A stretch of DNA of 64,000 bases, from assembly GCA_951406725.2 (NCBI GenBank), contig OX597818.1, positions 35,836,001-35,900,000 on the forward strand. The letters run 5' to 3'. Origin of the DNA: Octopus vulgaris. Taxonomy: Eukaryota. Under the pieces are notes generated by a model. It was not told the origin of the DNA. It was given only the letters and a program-made list of their open reading frames with translations, and did not search any database. The position numbers were made by a program, and so were the translations under genes. Shown piece by piece: positions 28,623-41,422 of this stretch; position 1 is the stretch's first letter, and every line of letters starts with the position of its first letter.

Positions 28623-28834
28623 GCACAATCGACACTCGCACAACCGATAATCACTGAAGAGTTTGCTAATGCAGTAAAGATAGTAGATGACCAGAGATTA
28701 TTTTATATTAGTCGAATTCTAAAAGTATATGGCGAAAATAACAGCCCATCGTATCAATTAAAATATAACGATAATGGTTATTTTATCGATTCTCTGCGTA
28801 ACGGATGGCGAAGTCGATCTCTGCAGCAATTGTA

Positions 28835-28971
28835 TAGCTTGTTTACCAACTACATGGTTCCGGGTTCATTCCCACTGCGTGGCACCTTGAGCAAGTGTCT
28901 TCTACTCTAGCCTCGGGCCGACCAAAGCATTGTGAGTGGATTTGGTAGACGGAAACTGAAAGAAGCCCGTC

Positions 28972-29024
<53 letters not shown>

Positions 29025-29140
29025 TGTGTGTGTTTCTGTGTTTCTGTGTTTGTCCCCCTCCCAAGGCTCGACGAAAGGAGTTGCTCCAGCATAGCCGTAG
29101 TCAAATGGCTGAAACAAATAAAAGAGTAAAAGAGTAAAAC
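28835..29140 (+). mobile_element. SINE family A, internally deleted
   Basis: Head, internal (TA)(TG), tail GAAACAAATAAAAGAGTAAAAGAG. Confidence 0.8.
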
Positions 29141-29832
29141 GTATAGACAAGTAAATAAATACCAGAGTATCACTCAGTCACATTGAGTATTAAACAACAA
29201 TAACTATTTACTTACATTTAGGTCGTCCAAAATTATGATGAGTAAAGAACAAAACATAATGAAGCTATATTCGATGATATAATTCACGGAACGAAAATAA
29301 TTTTTCAATCAATTTATTACAATTCAACCCATCAGTAAAGACATGAAGGAACATCGGACTGACGATTCACTTCAGAAAACCAAAATTATGAGATTGATTT
29401 TTTTCGACAGAGTTTATGAATAAGCAATAACAATGTGGAATAATGATGCGTCACTTACCATAATTAAAAAAGTTGCTGCTGAGAAAATTAATCCATAAAA
29501 TGTAAGGGTTTTTGAATAAAAGAGAGATGGTAATGAAAGGATTAAAGAAGAATTTCTTTGAGGATGAATTTTTATGAAGAAATTACCAAAGTGTGCCTTT
29601 TTAAATTCCCATAATTATTTTGGAGCACTCAAACAAAAGAATAGCATTCATTATGAACTGCGAGTGAATTCTTCCATTTCCCATACTTTAGGGCGGTGAA
29701 CTGGCAAAAATTGTTAAAGATTTCGGAGAAAAATGTTTTACACTAGTTATGGCTCTTTGCTTTCTCAGTTCAAATCTCATCAAATCAACTTAGCCTTTCA
29801 TCCTATTTTCGGGCTGATAATATAGAGAGCTG

Positions 29833-30051
29833 GTCAAGTATTTGTCGATAAATCAGCTAAAACTTTCTGGATATAGGAATAAGAATTACTACATCAGAAA
29901 CAGTTACATAACACTCACACACACACATATATATATGTATGTGTGTGTGTATGTGTGTGTGTGTGTGTGTGTGTATGTAACTGTTTCTGATGTAAGAATT
30001 CTTATTCCTATATCCAGAAAGTTTTAGCTGATTTATCGACAAATACTTGAC
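29833..30051. repeat. Near-perfect fold-back inverted repeat (78-bp arms)
   Basis: 29833-29910 is the reverse complement of 29974-30051 with ~2 mismatches; spacer (CA)(TA)(TG). Confidence 0.95.
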
Positions 30052-30188
30052 ATATACATATGTCTGTATATACATATATACGTATATACATATATATACA
30101 TATATGTAAATATACACACATACACATATATATATACATATATTATTATATGTATACATATATATATATATTATATATACATATATAC

Positions 30189-31627
30189 ATGGCTATTCAT
30201 TGGAGAGCGACCATCTAAGATTCGCTGCCAATGTGTGGTCACGGACTAGAAGCTTCCAGTTTTATCAGACCTGCCTCCGGTGCACGTGGTACCATTGGCT
30301 TTAGGCTTTTTTTGGTGGGGGCTCTCAAAGAGTAGGAAGACGAAGCCCTCATGCGTCTTTGCGCCGAACATGAACTCGTCATCACCAACTTCCTATTTCA
30401 TTTCCTACCCGACAAAAGACGACCTGGAAGCACCCACGGTATAAACACTGGCACGTCCTCGGTTGCGTTCTGGTGATATCCAGAGACAGATGAGATGTAC
30501 GCATAATCCGCTCCATGCTTGAATAAAATGGCCACTGGACGGATCACCGCCTTCTTAGTTCTCGCCTTGACATCAAGATCTGCCACCCGCCAAAACGGGT
30601 CTCAGCAAACATCCCTTGCCAACGCTTCGACTGCGCCAAACTCCAGAACTGACAGGTATCCCAAGTCTTCATGGAATCGATTGAGAGACACCTGATGGAC
30701 CTCCCAGAGCCGACCTCCATTGAGGATTGCTGCACCAGTCTTCGTGAAGCCATGACCGCTGCTGCCGAGAAGACGATTTGCTTTGCCCGGAAGAAGAACC
30801 AAGATTGGTTTGACGAGAATGAGGAAACAGTATCCCGTCCTATTGAAGCCAAATTGCGAGGAATAAACGAAAACACCTGCAAGCATCAGTGGAATGCCAG
30901 CGAGGATTTACAGAAGCTCAGAACATCTGTTGGCAGAGGAAATGCAAAACTATGCGGACCAACGAGACTTGCGCTGCTGTTATGCCACAACCGAGGAGAT
31001 CTTCAGGCCCACAAGGTCATCAGTGGGTGGCCTGAAGAACACAGCTGGCTTTACGATAACCGACACCCAGGGAATCCTCGATCGCTGGAAGTTCCATTTC
31101 GAGAGCCTACTTACTCAACGACCACTCACACATTCCTGACGATCTCCTCTAAAACACCCCACTGCTCTCCATCCGCCACTGGGTGTCCCTGTCGCCCTGG
31201 CTCCATGAGTTCCACAAGGTATTCGAGCGCTGCCATGTTCAACGAAATTCCACTAGACTCGCCTTCCATCAACATACGCTATCGCTTGGATGGCCGACTA
31301 TTCAATCTCTCACGTCTTCACTCAAAGACGAGGACCTCCACCATCTCAGTCTGTAAGATGCAGTATGCCGACGACAATGCCACCCCGAGCCAGACCGCAG
31401 ATGGCCTACAAAGAACAGACAACAGAATGACGAGGTAAAACGCAGGAGAAGAGAGGAACGTCTTCAACATCCTCGACCCGCACCGACCATCCTGTGCGAA
31501 TTCTGCCCACGACTCTTTCACCATCGACTTGGACCCCAAAGTCATATTTGGCACAAACAACTGCCATGGAAACTAGGTAGAGACTGACGAACCCAATGCT
31601 CGGATACGAGCTGGAGCCGACTGATAC
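30189..31627 (+). mobile_element. RTE (BovB-like) LINE, multiply deleted
   Basis: CAEHELVITN, HPRYKHWH, DWFDENE, YRLDGRLFNLSRLHSKT..MQYADD, C-terminal CEFCPRL. Confidence 0.88.
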
Positions 31628-34349
31628 ATATAGATATGTATTCTATATTTGCTCCACGTCCTCGCGTTGTTGTGTTTTTTTGTGCTTTCTTGTTCGGATT
31701 AACTTTATATATATATATATATATATATGAGTTATAATGGTGCCATATTAAACTCTTCCTTTCACCCCTTCCGGAGGCAGTAAAATAGCGTACCAGTAAA
31801 ATTAAATTACTTTAATTTCAAGCTTCGTACCTATGATAGAAGGATTAATTTCGTATGAGCATTTTCGATTAACATGAAAATCATTATTGCTGAGTGTTTA
31901 AGAATTTCTCCTCGTTGGTTCGATCCCATTGCGTAGCAGCTTGGGCTTGCTTTTTTTCTCACATTGGATTGATCAACGTCTTGAGAGTAAAATTTGGTGA
32001 ATAGAATCGGTGTTGAAAGCTATTGCAGGCCACATATGCATAATATACAACGTATGATGGATAAAAGTACTTTATGTATTAAGTTCCATGTCATTTTTCA
32101 ACATTCGTACTCAACTGAATTTGAAGTTTGTCTCATATAAGATTGTTAAGATCTTAAGTACATGAATCTCTTAAAGGAAGTACCCCAGTAAGTCTGAGGT
32201 TCAATAACTAAAACTCATTAACGATATCATTCAAGAATATCCATGCAATTAATCTAGTAGGTATTTAAAGGAATCCAGGTAAAAAAAGTTACAGGGGTTT
32301 TTCCAGGGGGTCCGAGGCGGGGGGTTGTCCTAGTGGAGTTTTGTCCGGATCCCATAAATTAATTGTGACTTCTTTCCTGTTACTTTATTATCGGCCACCA
32401 TTTAGGCATCGGTAACTTTATGTTGCAGTTTCAAGAACGCGGTGTTACTACTAAATTATAGAACAATGCTTTTCTTTAAAAAACTGTATAAAACAATTTT
32501 AAATGCTTTAAAGAAAATCGAAATTATAAATACTACTTGGTTAACTAATGCTGTGCATAATTATAGCTGCTATTTGTAAGACAACAAATCATAAAATCGT
32601 TAGAGCGTCCAATAAGTTACTTTACGAAATTTGTTTCGGTTATTTACATTGTGATGAATAATGTGAGTTCAAGCCCTCTCAAGGCTGGCCTTACTTTTTC
32701 TGCCCTCTGGGGTTACTAAAATACAGCACTAGTCAAATATAAGGAGCGATAGAATCAATTAAACCATCCTCCTAAAAAATTGCTGATCTTGTCCCTAAAT
32801 TAAAAGCCATTATAGTTGTCGCTTACCAAGTTTTGTGTTATTCGTTTTCCATTATATTTGATCGGTTATTGACCTGAATAGCATTCAGTGTATTTACCAA
32901 TTTAGTTTGAAACATTATAATGATGCTAGTGCTTCATTAAATCGAAGTGTAAAGGCAGCTCCCTCCCATCTAAGAGTCTTCGTTGGAGATAATTATAAAT
33001 AAAGACTATTTTAAATAGATGAAGATAAATGATATTTCAAGAATATATTTATCACGAGAATTAGAGGCAATGAACGTTTTTTTTTTATGTCAAAGCACAC
33101 ACCTGATGCGCTTTAACTTTTATTCTATTCTATTTTACTTTTTATACAGAGAGAATTAACCTGATTACAGTGTCTGCTTTGAACTGAGGATAAATTCATT
33201 AGCGGTCATTTGACTTGCTAGAAATAACTGCCAAACCCCCCTAAAATCACATCATAGAACACAGTGTATAATGTGGACCTAGATAACCGGGTAAGCCCCG
33301 ACTGAAATAGCTCTGATTATACGTAAGTCTGATTGGGATAATCTAAGGTTAAATAACAACTAACGACGATGACAATAGCGACAACATCAACAACAATAAT
33401 ATGAATTACTTTTAATACGGTAAAAGAGATCTTCCTTCCTGAGACTTAAAAATAATTCACGCTAATATAAAATTCAAATCGATCTTGCGTTTATCACAAT
33501 TTCGTCTAGGTATTTTTTCTGTCTTAATTTTTGCTTTTTATATTACTTTTCCTAGCAAAAATAAATAAATGAATGAATTCTTCAATAATTCTATATAAGA
33601 AGAAGAAATCCGTAAACGATAACAAATAGGATTATTGGGAAATCTATAAGCAATTCTACGCTTCCAATATTTGACACTTTATCCGGAAAATTATTTCTCG
33701 AAGATAAGATAAAAAAACAAGAAATAAAATAGAAGAAATAAATAGCATAACGCCATCAATTGAATTTACAGAACTGCTACAGAGACTCTTGGAAAACAAC
33801 TCATAAAAATAGCTTATAATTCTACCATGTTTCTTGCGGCATTGAAAGAATTAATCTTATTTTTCTTATCATCATACGCACACACATACACACACGTATA
33901 TATAAATGGTTAGACTATGAAAATACTAATACAAAATAAATGCAAATAATCTCAAAAAAAAACACTTCAAAGTTTCAAAAAATCTTCTAACTAAAATCTT
34001 GTTGCATAACACCTAGTGTAACCAGTTTCGAAATGTTACTGTTGATTTTGTTACTTGTCAGAAGACACTAAAACAGCAATGGTTACAGTAAAGGTGATAA
34101 AAGCAGTAAGAAGTGTAAGAATAATATAAAAGCAATAACCAAATAATAAACGGAGACGAGTAACATCTAAAAAAAAAAAAATGCAGAGGTTGCAAGCATT
34201 GAAATGATATAGTTGAGTAGTTCAAAGTAAAACTGGATGGAGATGAAACAAGACAAGAGAAGATGGGTGATTGCTACTCAGGTTACCATTACAAAGACGA
34301 AAAACAAGAGAATTGGGCAATCATAAATACTACTTGGTTTTATAATTAC

Positions 34350-34555
34350 TCTTAACTCTTTTACTTGTTTCAGTCATTTGACTGCGGCCATGCTAGAGCA
34401 CCGTCTTTAGTCAGCAAATCGACCCAGGACTTATTCTTTGTAAGCCCTAGTACATATTCTATCGATCCCTTTTGCCTAACCGCTATGTTACGGGGACGTA
34501 AACATACCAGCATCGGTTGTCAAGTGATATTGAGAGGACAAACACAGACACACAA

Positions 34556-34600
<45 letters not shown>

Positions 34601-34740
34601 CGATGGGCTTCTTTCAGTTTCCGTCTACCAAATCTACTCACAAGACATTAGTCGGCCCGAGGCTATAGTAGAAGACTCTTACCCAAGGTGCCACGCATGT
34701 GGCTGGCAAGCAAGCTACTTACCGCACAGCTACTCCAGCA
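34350..34740 (-). mobile_element. SINE family A
   Basis: Match to other copies. Confidence 0.85.
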
Positions 34741-34999
34741 TAATTTTACTTTTCTTTAGCAAAAGTGAAGTTATGTAAATGATATGAATAATTTTCTATT
34801 GTCTCACAGTTTATGGATTCAGGAGATATTAGGGAGACATATTAAGAAAGCGGTTTGAGTTGTACTAAACAGTATGAAAATTAGGGCTGCAAATCAAAAG
34901 CATTACGGAAAAGGACTAGCAAACATCACAAAATGATGGTTGCTACCCAAAACCCATCTACGAAAACCACTGATCTCAGATTATCTTAATAATAAAAGC

Positions 35000-36730
35000 A
35001 CTTTTGAGCTGCCGTTTTGGGCATAGAGGACATGGATATGTTCTCCATTATACCAACATTTAAAGTAATTACTGAAGAACATCTAAAACTCCCCTATCAC
35101 CTTTCTCTCGGCAGCATTCAGGGGAACCTAATGAAGTTGATGGAAACATTGCCGAAGTTTTGTTCTTAATATCTTCTATCTAGTTCATCACTACCAAATA
35201 AGAAGAACTGCTCTTCATGACCAAAGGCGAGGTCCCGTCGGGATAATCCTTACGATGGTCTTGATATATAACTAGAATAGACTTCTTTGTTGATCTTCGT
35301 TCACATGTAGACATTTCTAGATAATTCCTTCTCTTTCATCATTCACAACCATTCTATAAGATGGAAAGGTTGACGCACCAGCAAATGTAACGCTATGAAC
35401 TACGACCTTCCGATAACCTTCCAGATGCTAGATTCCAAACTTTCGTCTATGCCAGATCCAGGGTTGCTGGTCGGTCCCCCAATTTGCTTCCAGTTACTAT
35501 AGCTCTGTGATAATACTGTACCTTATATATTGGCATGCAATGAATAAAATTCATAAGGCAAACCAACCGATCGAAGTGACGTTCGTCTTGCACAACCATT
35601 CACCAGTAATCGTATCTCAAACGTCGTTACTGGCTTATCGCAACACCAAACTGCTGCCGTTAGCAACTGCAAGCCGTCGGCATTGTAAAGAAAGTTTTCT
35701 AATATACAACTACCCGCCATACAATTGAGGAAATTCCATTAGAAATTTGAATACATATGAATGAAATCAAATAGCAGATACTCGTTCCAAAAGCTCACAT
35801 TATAGTCTTGTAAATATATATTTCTTTATTGCCCACAAGGATCTAAACACAGAGGGGACAAACAAGGACAGACAAAGGGAGTAAGTCGATTGCGTCGATC
35901 CCAGTGCGTAACTGGTACTTAATTTATCGACCCCGAAAGGATGAAAGGCAATATCAACCTCGGCGGAATTTGAACTCAGAACGTAACGGCAGACGAAATA
36001 CCGCAATGCATTTCGCCCGGCGCACTAATGTTTCTGCCAGCTCGCTGCCTATAGTCTTGTAAATATAAGCATCATCTTCTGCGCTGAAAAGGATGATAGG
36101 AGCGCTCTAATTTTTACCTCAAGTAACTTACTTGTGATGTATTTTCTAATAGCCCATTTTAAAATTGCTAACTAGCTCTCCTCTAAGCTAATCTTCCCTA
36201 TTACAACTTCTTTTGCTAAACCCTATCTGTTCTAATCCAATAGTTCTCTTCAAAGGAATGCACCACTTATGATTGATGATCATCTTGTCAACTCCAGCTT
36301 AATCGTTTACTATTCCGCGTTGGAAATGATGCATTTAACATCCAATAACTAACGACTCTCTATGTGTTCTTTCTAAATTGGTAGAGCAGGAACTTGTGGT
36401 TTCTATGTCTGGGCAACTGAAACTGCCTAGCCACCGCAATGACTTAATAAATTCTGTAGGTGCGAACTGTAGGGCAAGATTCTGTTGGCTCAAATCCATA
36501 ATGGTGGATTCAGGGATTGCAGTCAGTATCTATAGACAGATGGAACTCCCAGCATGCATCCATGATGCCATTCCATCCACTCACTAACAGGTAGCTAAGC
36601 CTTTCTAAGAATGCTTCTTAACAGGAAGAATTGTGGCTACCTCCCCCGGTTTCAACATGTATTTTGTATCGTTGACAAGGTTTTGGAAAAACATTTTCGA
36701 CTAGTTTGGTGCCAGTACCTCACTGTTATT
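35000..36730 (-). mobile_element. Ancient, highly decayed LINE (RTE-like)
   Basis: Faint EN (DH) and RT (QG..LS-region) traces on the minus strand; more balanced composition. Confidence 0.35.
35819..36049 (-). mobile_element. MetaSINE-like SINE with 18-bp TSD
   Basis: TATAGTCTTGTAAATATA at 35801-35818 and 36050-36067. Confidence 0.92.
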
Positions 36731-37239
36731 AACTGTTGCCAATGAAAAAATGAAGATTGTTAAGACGTCGGCGCGATCCGAGGGCGAAGAAATCAAATAT
36801 TAAAGGATATTTTATCCGCTACACTATCGCATTTTTTTTTTTTTTGTCTAAAATAACTTTCAGCAAAAGAGATGGGGATACCCCAAAAAGATGACAAACT
36901 AAGTCAACTTTCGCGGAATTTGTACTATGGAATATAACGAGTCGGGAGAAATTCCGAAAAATATTTTCTCGACACTAATAATTCTACCAGGCTCAGCGCC
37001 ACAGGGCTTTCAAATTTTGGTCCAAAACCAGAAATTTTCTGGGTGAAAGGGCAAGTCGATTACCTCGACCCCAGTACACGACTGTTACTTTGTGTTATCG
37101 GCCCTGAAGGGATGAAATACAAAGTTGGCCTCTGTGTAAATCAAAAGCAAATTTGACCACTGAACGTAAAGAGTAGGAAGAAAAGCCGTTCAGTATCTTG
37201 TCCGACATGTTAACGATTCTGTTGCTCAGTCTTTGAATA

Positions 37240-37248
37240 ATTATAATG

Positions 37249-37302
<54 letters not shown>

Positions 37303-37314
37303 GTAATAATAATG

Positions 37315-37348
<34 letters not shown>

Positions 37349-37375
37349 TGATGATAATGATAATAAAGATAATAA
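37240..37375. repeat. (TAA)n microsatellite
   Basis: Direct observation. Confidence 0.95.
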
Positions 37376-37688
37376 TTTATCACGTTACACATTTTGAACG
37401 AAAGTTACACTTGATTATGCATACACTAATATTTGATATACATTTAATTGCTCCCAGGCTAAAAGTCAACGCCTGGATTTAGAAAATGAAGAGATATCAT
37501 ACAATAGACCCTGTTATTGTATCTACAATCCAATTAATCTATCATTCTCCCTTTATCTCTTCCTCACCTCTTTGCACTGTTTCTCTGTTCATTATATATG
37601 CATCCCCTATGGAAATATTACAATTGGTTTTGTTTGAAAAACCAGGAACTATATTTGTTAGTCTGATAACGCATGTCAGATGTTTTTC

Positions 37689-37689
<1 letters not shown>

Positions 37690-37757
<68 letters not shown>
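37690..37757. repeat. (CTAT)n microsatellite
   Basis: Direct observation. Confidence 0.95.
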
Positions 37758-37876
37758 AGTCTGTCTGTCTATCTATATCTGCATATCTGTATGCATGTAT
37801 GTATATACATATAAATATATACATACACACAAACACACACACACACATACGCACACACACTGGTATTCTGTCAGTT

Positions 37877-38161
37877 ACGCCGATTGGGATTCCAGTTGAC
37901 AGCCTGTTCGTGTATTTAAGGTGCAAGTGGTTGAGTACTCCAGAGACTGGCGTATCCTTTACGTAGTTCTCAAGGAGATTTAGCGTGGCACATATTGTGA
38001 CAAATCTGGCCCTTTCAAATACAGTTATTACTCATTTTTTCCAGATGAAGCAACGTGAAATAAAGTGACTTGTTCAAGGTCACAACGCGCTCTTGGGAAT
38101 CGAACTCATGACCTTACGGTCGTGAGTCAAGCGTCCTAACTACTAAACTACGCGCCTTCAC
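37877..38161 (-). mobile_element. SINE head 2 + tail X
   Basis: Match to 26923-27206. Confidence 0.75.
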
Positions 38162-38179
38162 TACACACAGGTGCGCGTG

Positions 38180-38259
<80 letters not shown>

Positions 38260-38260
<1 letters not shown>

Positions 38261-38748
38261 ACAATATCACGTACCTCGAAGCCACGTACGGCACTTAAAA
38301 GAGGAAGGAAACCCATATATAATTAAATGGAAGCTCCTTGAACAATCGGGGACTTATATAAACGAAAGAAAACGATGTAAACTTTGCTTGGTAGAGACGG
38401 TAAGAACTCTAAAATGACTCGCTCAGCCTAGGGACATTTTTTAAATTCCAGAAAAGAGATATTCACTCAATGCTAAAAAGTTTCCTACAGCAAACTTGGA
38501 ATTACCCATTCGTTGAGTGACCCTCTACAATTCCTTCGAATATGACCACGGTTGGAGCCGTTGTGAGGGGAAAACCCCGTGCTGCATGCATCACGGATGT
38601 TTATTTTTCATTTACAAACCTATTAACCGTTACGCATTTCTTTTTCTTGTTGTAGAGTGGTTACACACCTTCAGCCATTTGAGTCTGACGAGTCGCCTAT
38701 ATTGCTAAACCAATGATCACTCTATGACGGGTCACAACTTTTAACTTC

Positions 38749-38752
<4 letters not shown>
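38260..38752 (+). mobile_element. Penelope-like element 3' end (GIY-YIG C-terminus + pLTR)
   Basis: HVRHLKEEGNPYIIKWKLLE..Y...KRCKLCLVE matches the PLE endonuclease tail; ends in (TA)n. Confidence 0.7.
38681..38722 (+). ncRNA. Decayed type I hammerhead motif
   Basis: GAGT-CTGACGA-G..C-TAAAC-CAATG-ATC-ACTC; stem I GAGT/ACTC; G12 mutated. Confidence 0.5.
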
Positions 38753-38786
<34 letters not shown>

Positions 38787-38790
<4 letters not shown>

Positions 38791-38972
38791 AGAGTTTACG
38801 GAAAAAACAAAAGACGAAGACGGGTGGTGTACAAAACAAACAGATGTATTAGTATAACGCTCAGGAATAGAAAAAGTATTTTACGTTTCGAGCCTACGCT
38901 CTTCTACAGAAAGGGACACAGAAAACAAGGAGAGAAAAAAACGTGTGTAGTGGCTAACGATCTATCATGGCG
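38787..38972 (-). mobile_element. ~190-nt Penelope pLTR/retrozyme-like repeat, copy 3
   Basis: Minus strand CTTT-CTGTAGA-A-GAGC(GTAG)GCTC-GAAACGTA-AAA; (TA)n on both flanks. Confidence 0.7.
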
Positions 38973-38974
38973 TG

Positions 38975-39015
<41 letters not shown>

Positions 39016-39253
39016 ATGTGTGTATGTGCGTCTGCGTGTAAACATGGGTGGGAAGTATGACCAAATGGTTGAAATGTTCACTTCGCAACGATGAAATCCC
39101 GGACCAAGGTAGTGCCTTCTGCCCGGTTTAGACCTGTAATTCAAATAGCCATACTTTGTACACACGTAATTCTTTTACGCGGGATTATGTTAAGGACTCA
39201 TGTGTTAGTGCAGTACTGAGACGCTTACGCTATAATTTGAGTATATATTTCAG

Positions 39254-39294
<41 letters not shown>

Positions 39295-40048
39295 CAATTG
39301 TGTGCAGGTATCCGTGTAAAATAGATCTGTGTGCGCTCGTTCAGGTTGATGCGTAGCAAGGACGAAATGTCGTCAGTACGGACTTTTTATTTTATTCCCA
39401 CATTTATATTTAAAAAAAAAAAAAATTTAATGCTAAAATGGACTGATGCCTAACAACGATTCTCTTCTTCAGTAAACAAAACCCGGACAATGCATTGTTT
39501 GAAAAAGAAAAGAAAAAAGAGTCCATTCAATTGATTGCAGGTTCCGATTTGCCAGATATAAATCTATGTCAAGCATACTTTCAGGAAATAGTTGTCAATC
39601 TGAAAACAAGATAGATCAAACGATAGATAAACAATTCCTTGTATTTCAATTGCTTTGGGAAAAGAGCCATGAAATTTACGACTTGGCGTTATGAGATACT
39701 TATGGAATGATCTTCTAAAGATGAAAAAGGATGTATAGCTATATCTCAAGTTGTATGACTAGTAGACAGCCAAGTCGATAGATTATCGGACAATAGCGCT
39801 ACGACGTTGCTAGTTCATATCCTTTCAATGGCGATGTGTTGCGTCCGTGGATAAGCTTTCTAATCTTCCACAGACAGATTTCCAATTCTTTGTCCCTCTT
39901 TTTTCTTTGCTTGTTTTTTTTTTATTATTTTGTTCCCTTCTTTTTTTTGTTTTGATTCGTCTTATATTTTCCTTTTATCTTATTTTTTTTCTGCGCCACA
40001 ACACTCTATGACAAGAGAACTAAATACATATTGATATATCTTATTATT

Positions 40049-40441
40049 CTTTTCTACTCTAGGCACAAGGCCCGAAATTTGGGGGGGGGGGGGGACGCTA
40101 GACGATTAACCCAGTAGGTAACTGGTACTTAATTTATCGACCCGAAAAGATGAAAGGCAAAGTCGGCCTCGGCGGAATTTGAACTCAGAACGTAAAGACA
40201 GACGAAATGCCTATTTCTTTACTACCCACAAGGGGCTAAACACAGAGAGAACAAGCAAGGACAGACAAACGGATTAAGTCGATTATATCGACCTCAGTGC
40301 GTAACTGGTACTTAATTTATCGACCCGAAACGATGAAAGGCAAAGTCGGCCTCGGTGGAGTTTGAACTCAGAACGTAAAGACAGACGAAATACCGCTAAG
40401 CATTTCGCCCGGTGTGCAAAGGTTTCTGCCAGCTCACCGCC
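40049..40441 (-). mobile_element. MetaSINE dimer with 18-bp TSD
   Basis: TTGATATATCTTATTATT at 40031-40048 and 40442-40459 encloses two Meta domains. Confidence 0.92.
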
Positions 40442-41029
40442 TTGATATATCTTATTATTAAAGCTGCAGAAACATCACAAAAATATCACAAAAACTGCTA
40501 CTCAGAGTTTCACATTCCCGTTTGTGCTACAGTTTTGATTGATATACAAATCTCATCACCCCAGGTAAAACTCAGTATAGTAAGAGACCGACTCGACCAA
40601 AATAATATATATATATATGTGTGTATGTGTGTGTGCTTGCGCGCGCGTGTGTGTGTGTGTAAAAATTTTAGGGGGCGTTGTCACAGCAGCGTGACCATTG
40701 CTAACAACTACAGTAAAGCTGAAATCTTTCCCATTCAAGCACTATTTTTGTTTGTATGGCTGGCGGATAACTGAGTCGGTAGATTATCGGACAATTTCAC
40801 AACGATATCGCCAGTTCATATCCTTACAATGGCATTGTATTGCGTATGGGGTCAGGCTTTTCCCCTCTCAACAGTCAGTTCTAAAATGAAAAAAAAAAAA
40901 AGTAACTATAAGATGATAAGGAGTGGTAGTCAAGCTAGAGTGGAATGACTCACCATTGCTAACGATAACTACAATAATGTAAATGAAAATCTTTCTTATT
41001 CGCTCAGTGGTTTTGTATATGTGTATGCG

Positions 41030-41240
41030 TGTGCGCCTTTGTATTTGTCACCCCGACCGCTTGGCAATCGGTCTCGGATTGTCTGTCCCAGTAACCTAGT
41101 GGTTCGGCAAAGGAAACGATAAACTAAGAACCAGACTTCGAAAAGAAGTACTAGGGTTGAGTTGTTCGACTTAGCTTTTCAAGGCGATGCTCCAGCATGG
41201 CTGCAATCCTGTGACTGAAACAAATAGAAGGAAATGAAAC
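41030..41240 (+). mobile_element. SINE family A 3' half, diverged
   Basis: GGTTCGGCAAA..GCTCCAGCATGG..GACTGAAACAAA. Confidence 0.7.
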
Positions 41241-41422
41241 TTAAACTTCCTGTTTAATGTATGATACTTGGCGGGAACAAAAGACCACACAAGCAAAATA
41301 CCTGCTAAATAACCGAGGCAAGGAGGAAGGCCAAGTTTGAAATCTCGAATATCTTTCAGACCACATTCCCACTATCTTAAAACAGGAAATATATATATAT
41401 TTATTAATATATTCGTAGCTCT

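Noticed and set aside
30671-31438. 255-aa ORF as a host gene
   Set aside because: Patchwork of in- and out-of-frame RTE LINE sequence
32270-32353. G-rich island with weak inverted ends (MULE-like or G-quadruplex)
   Set aside because: Ends imperfect, no TSD, only three runs of three or more G
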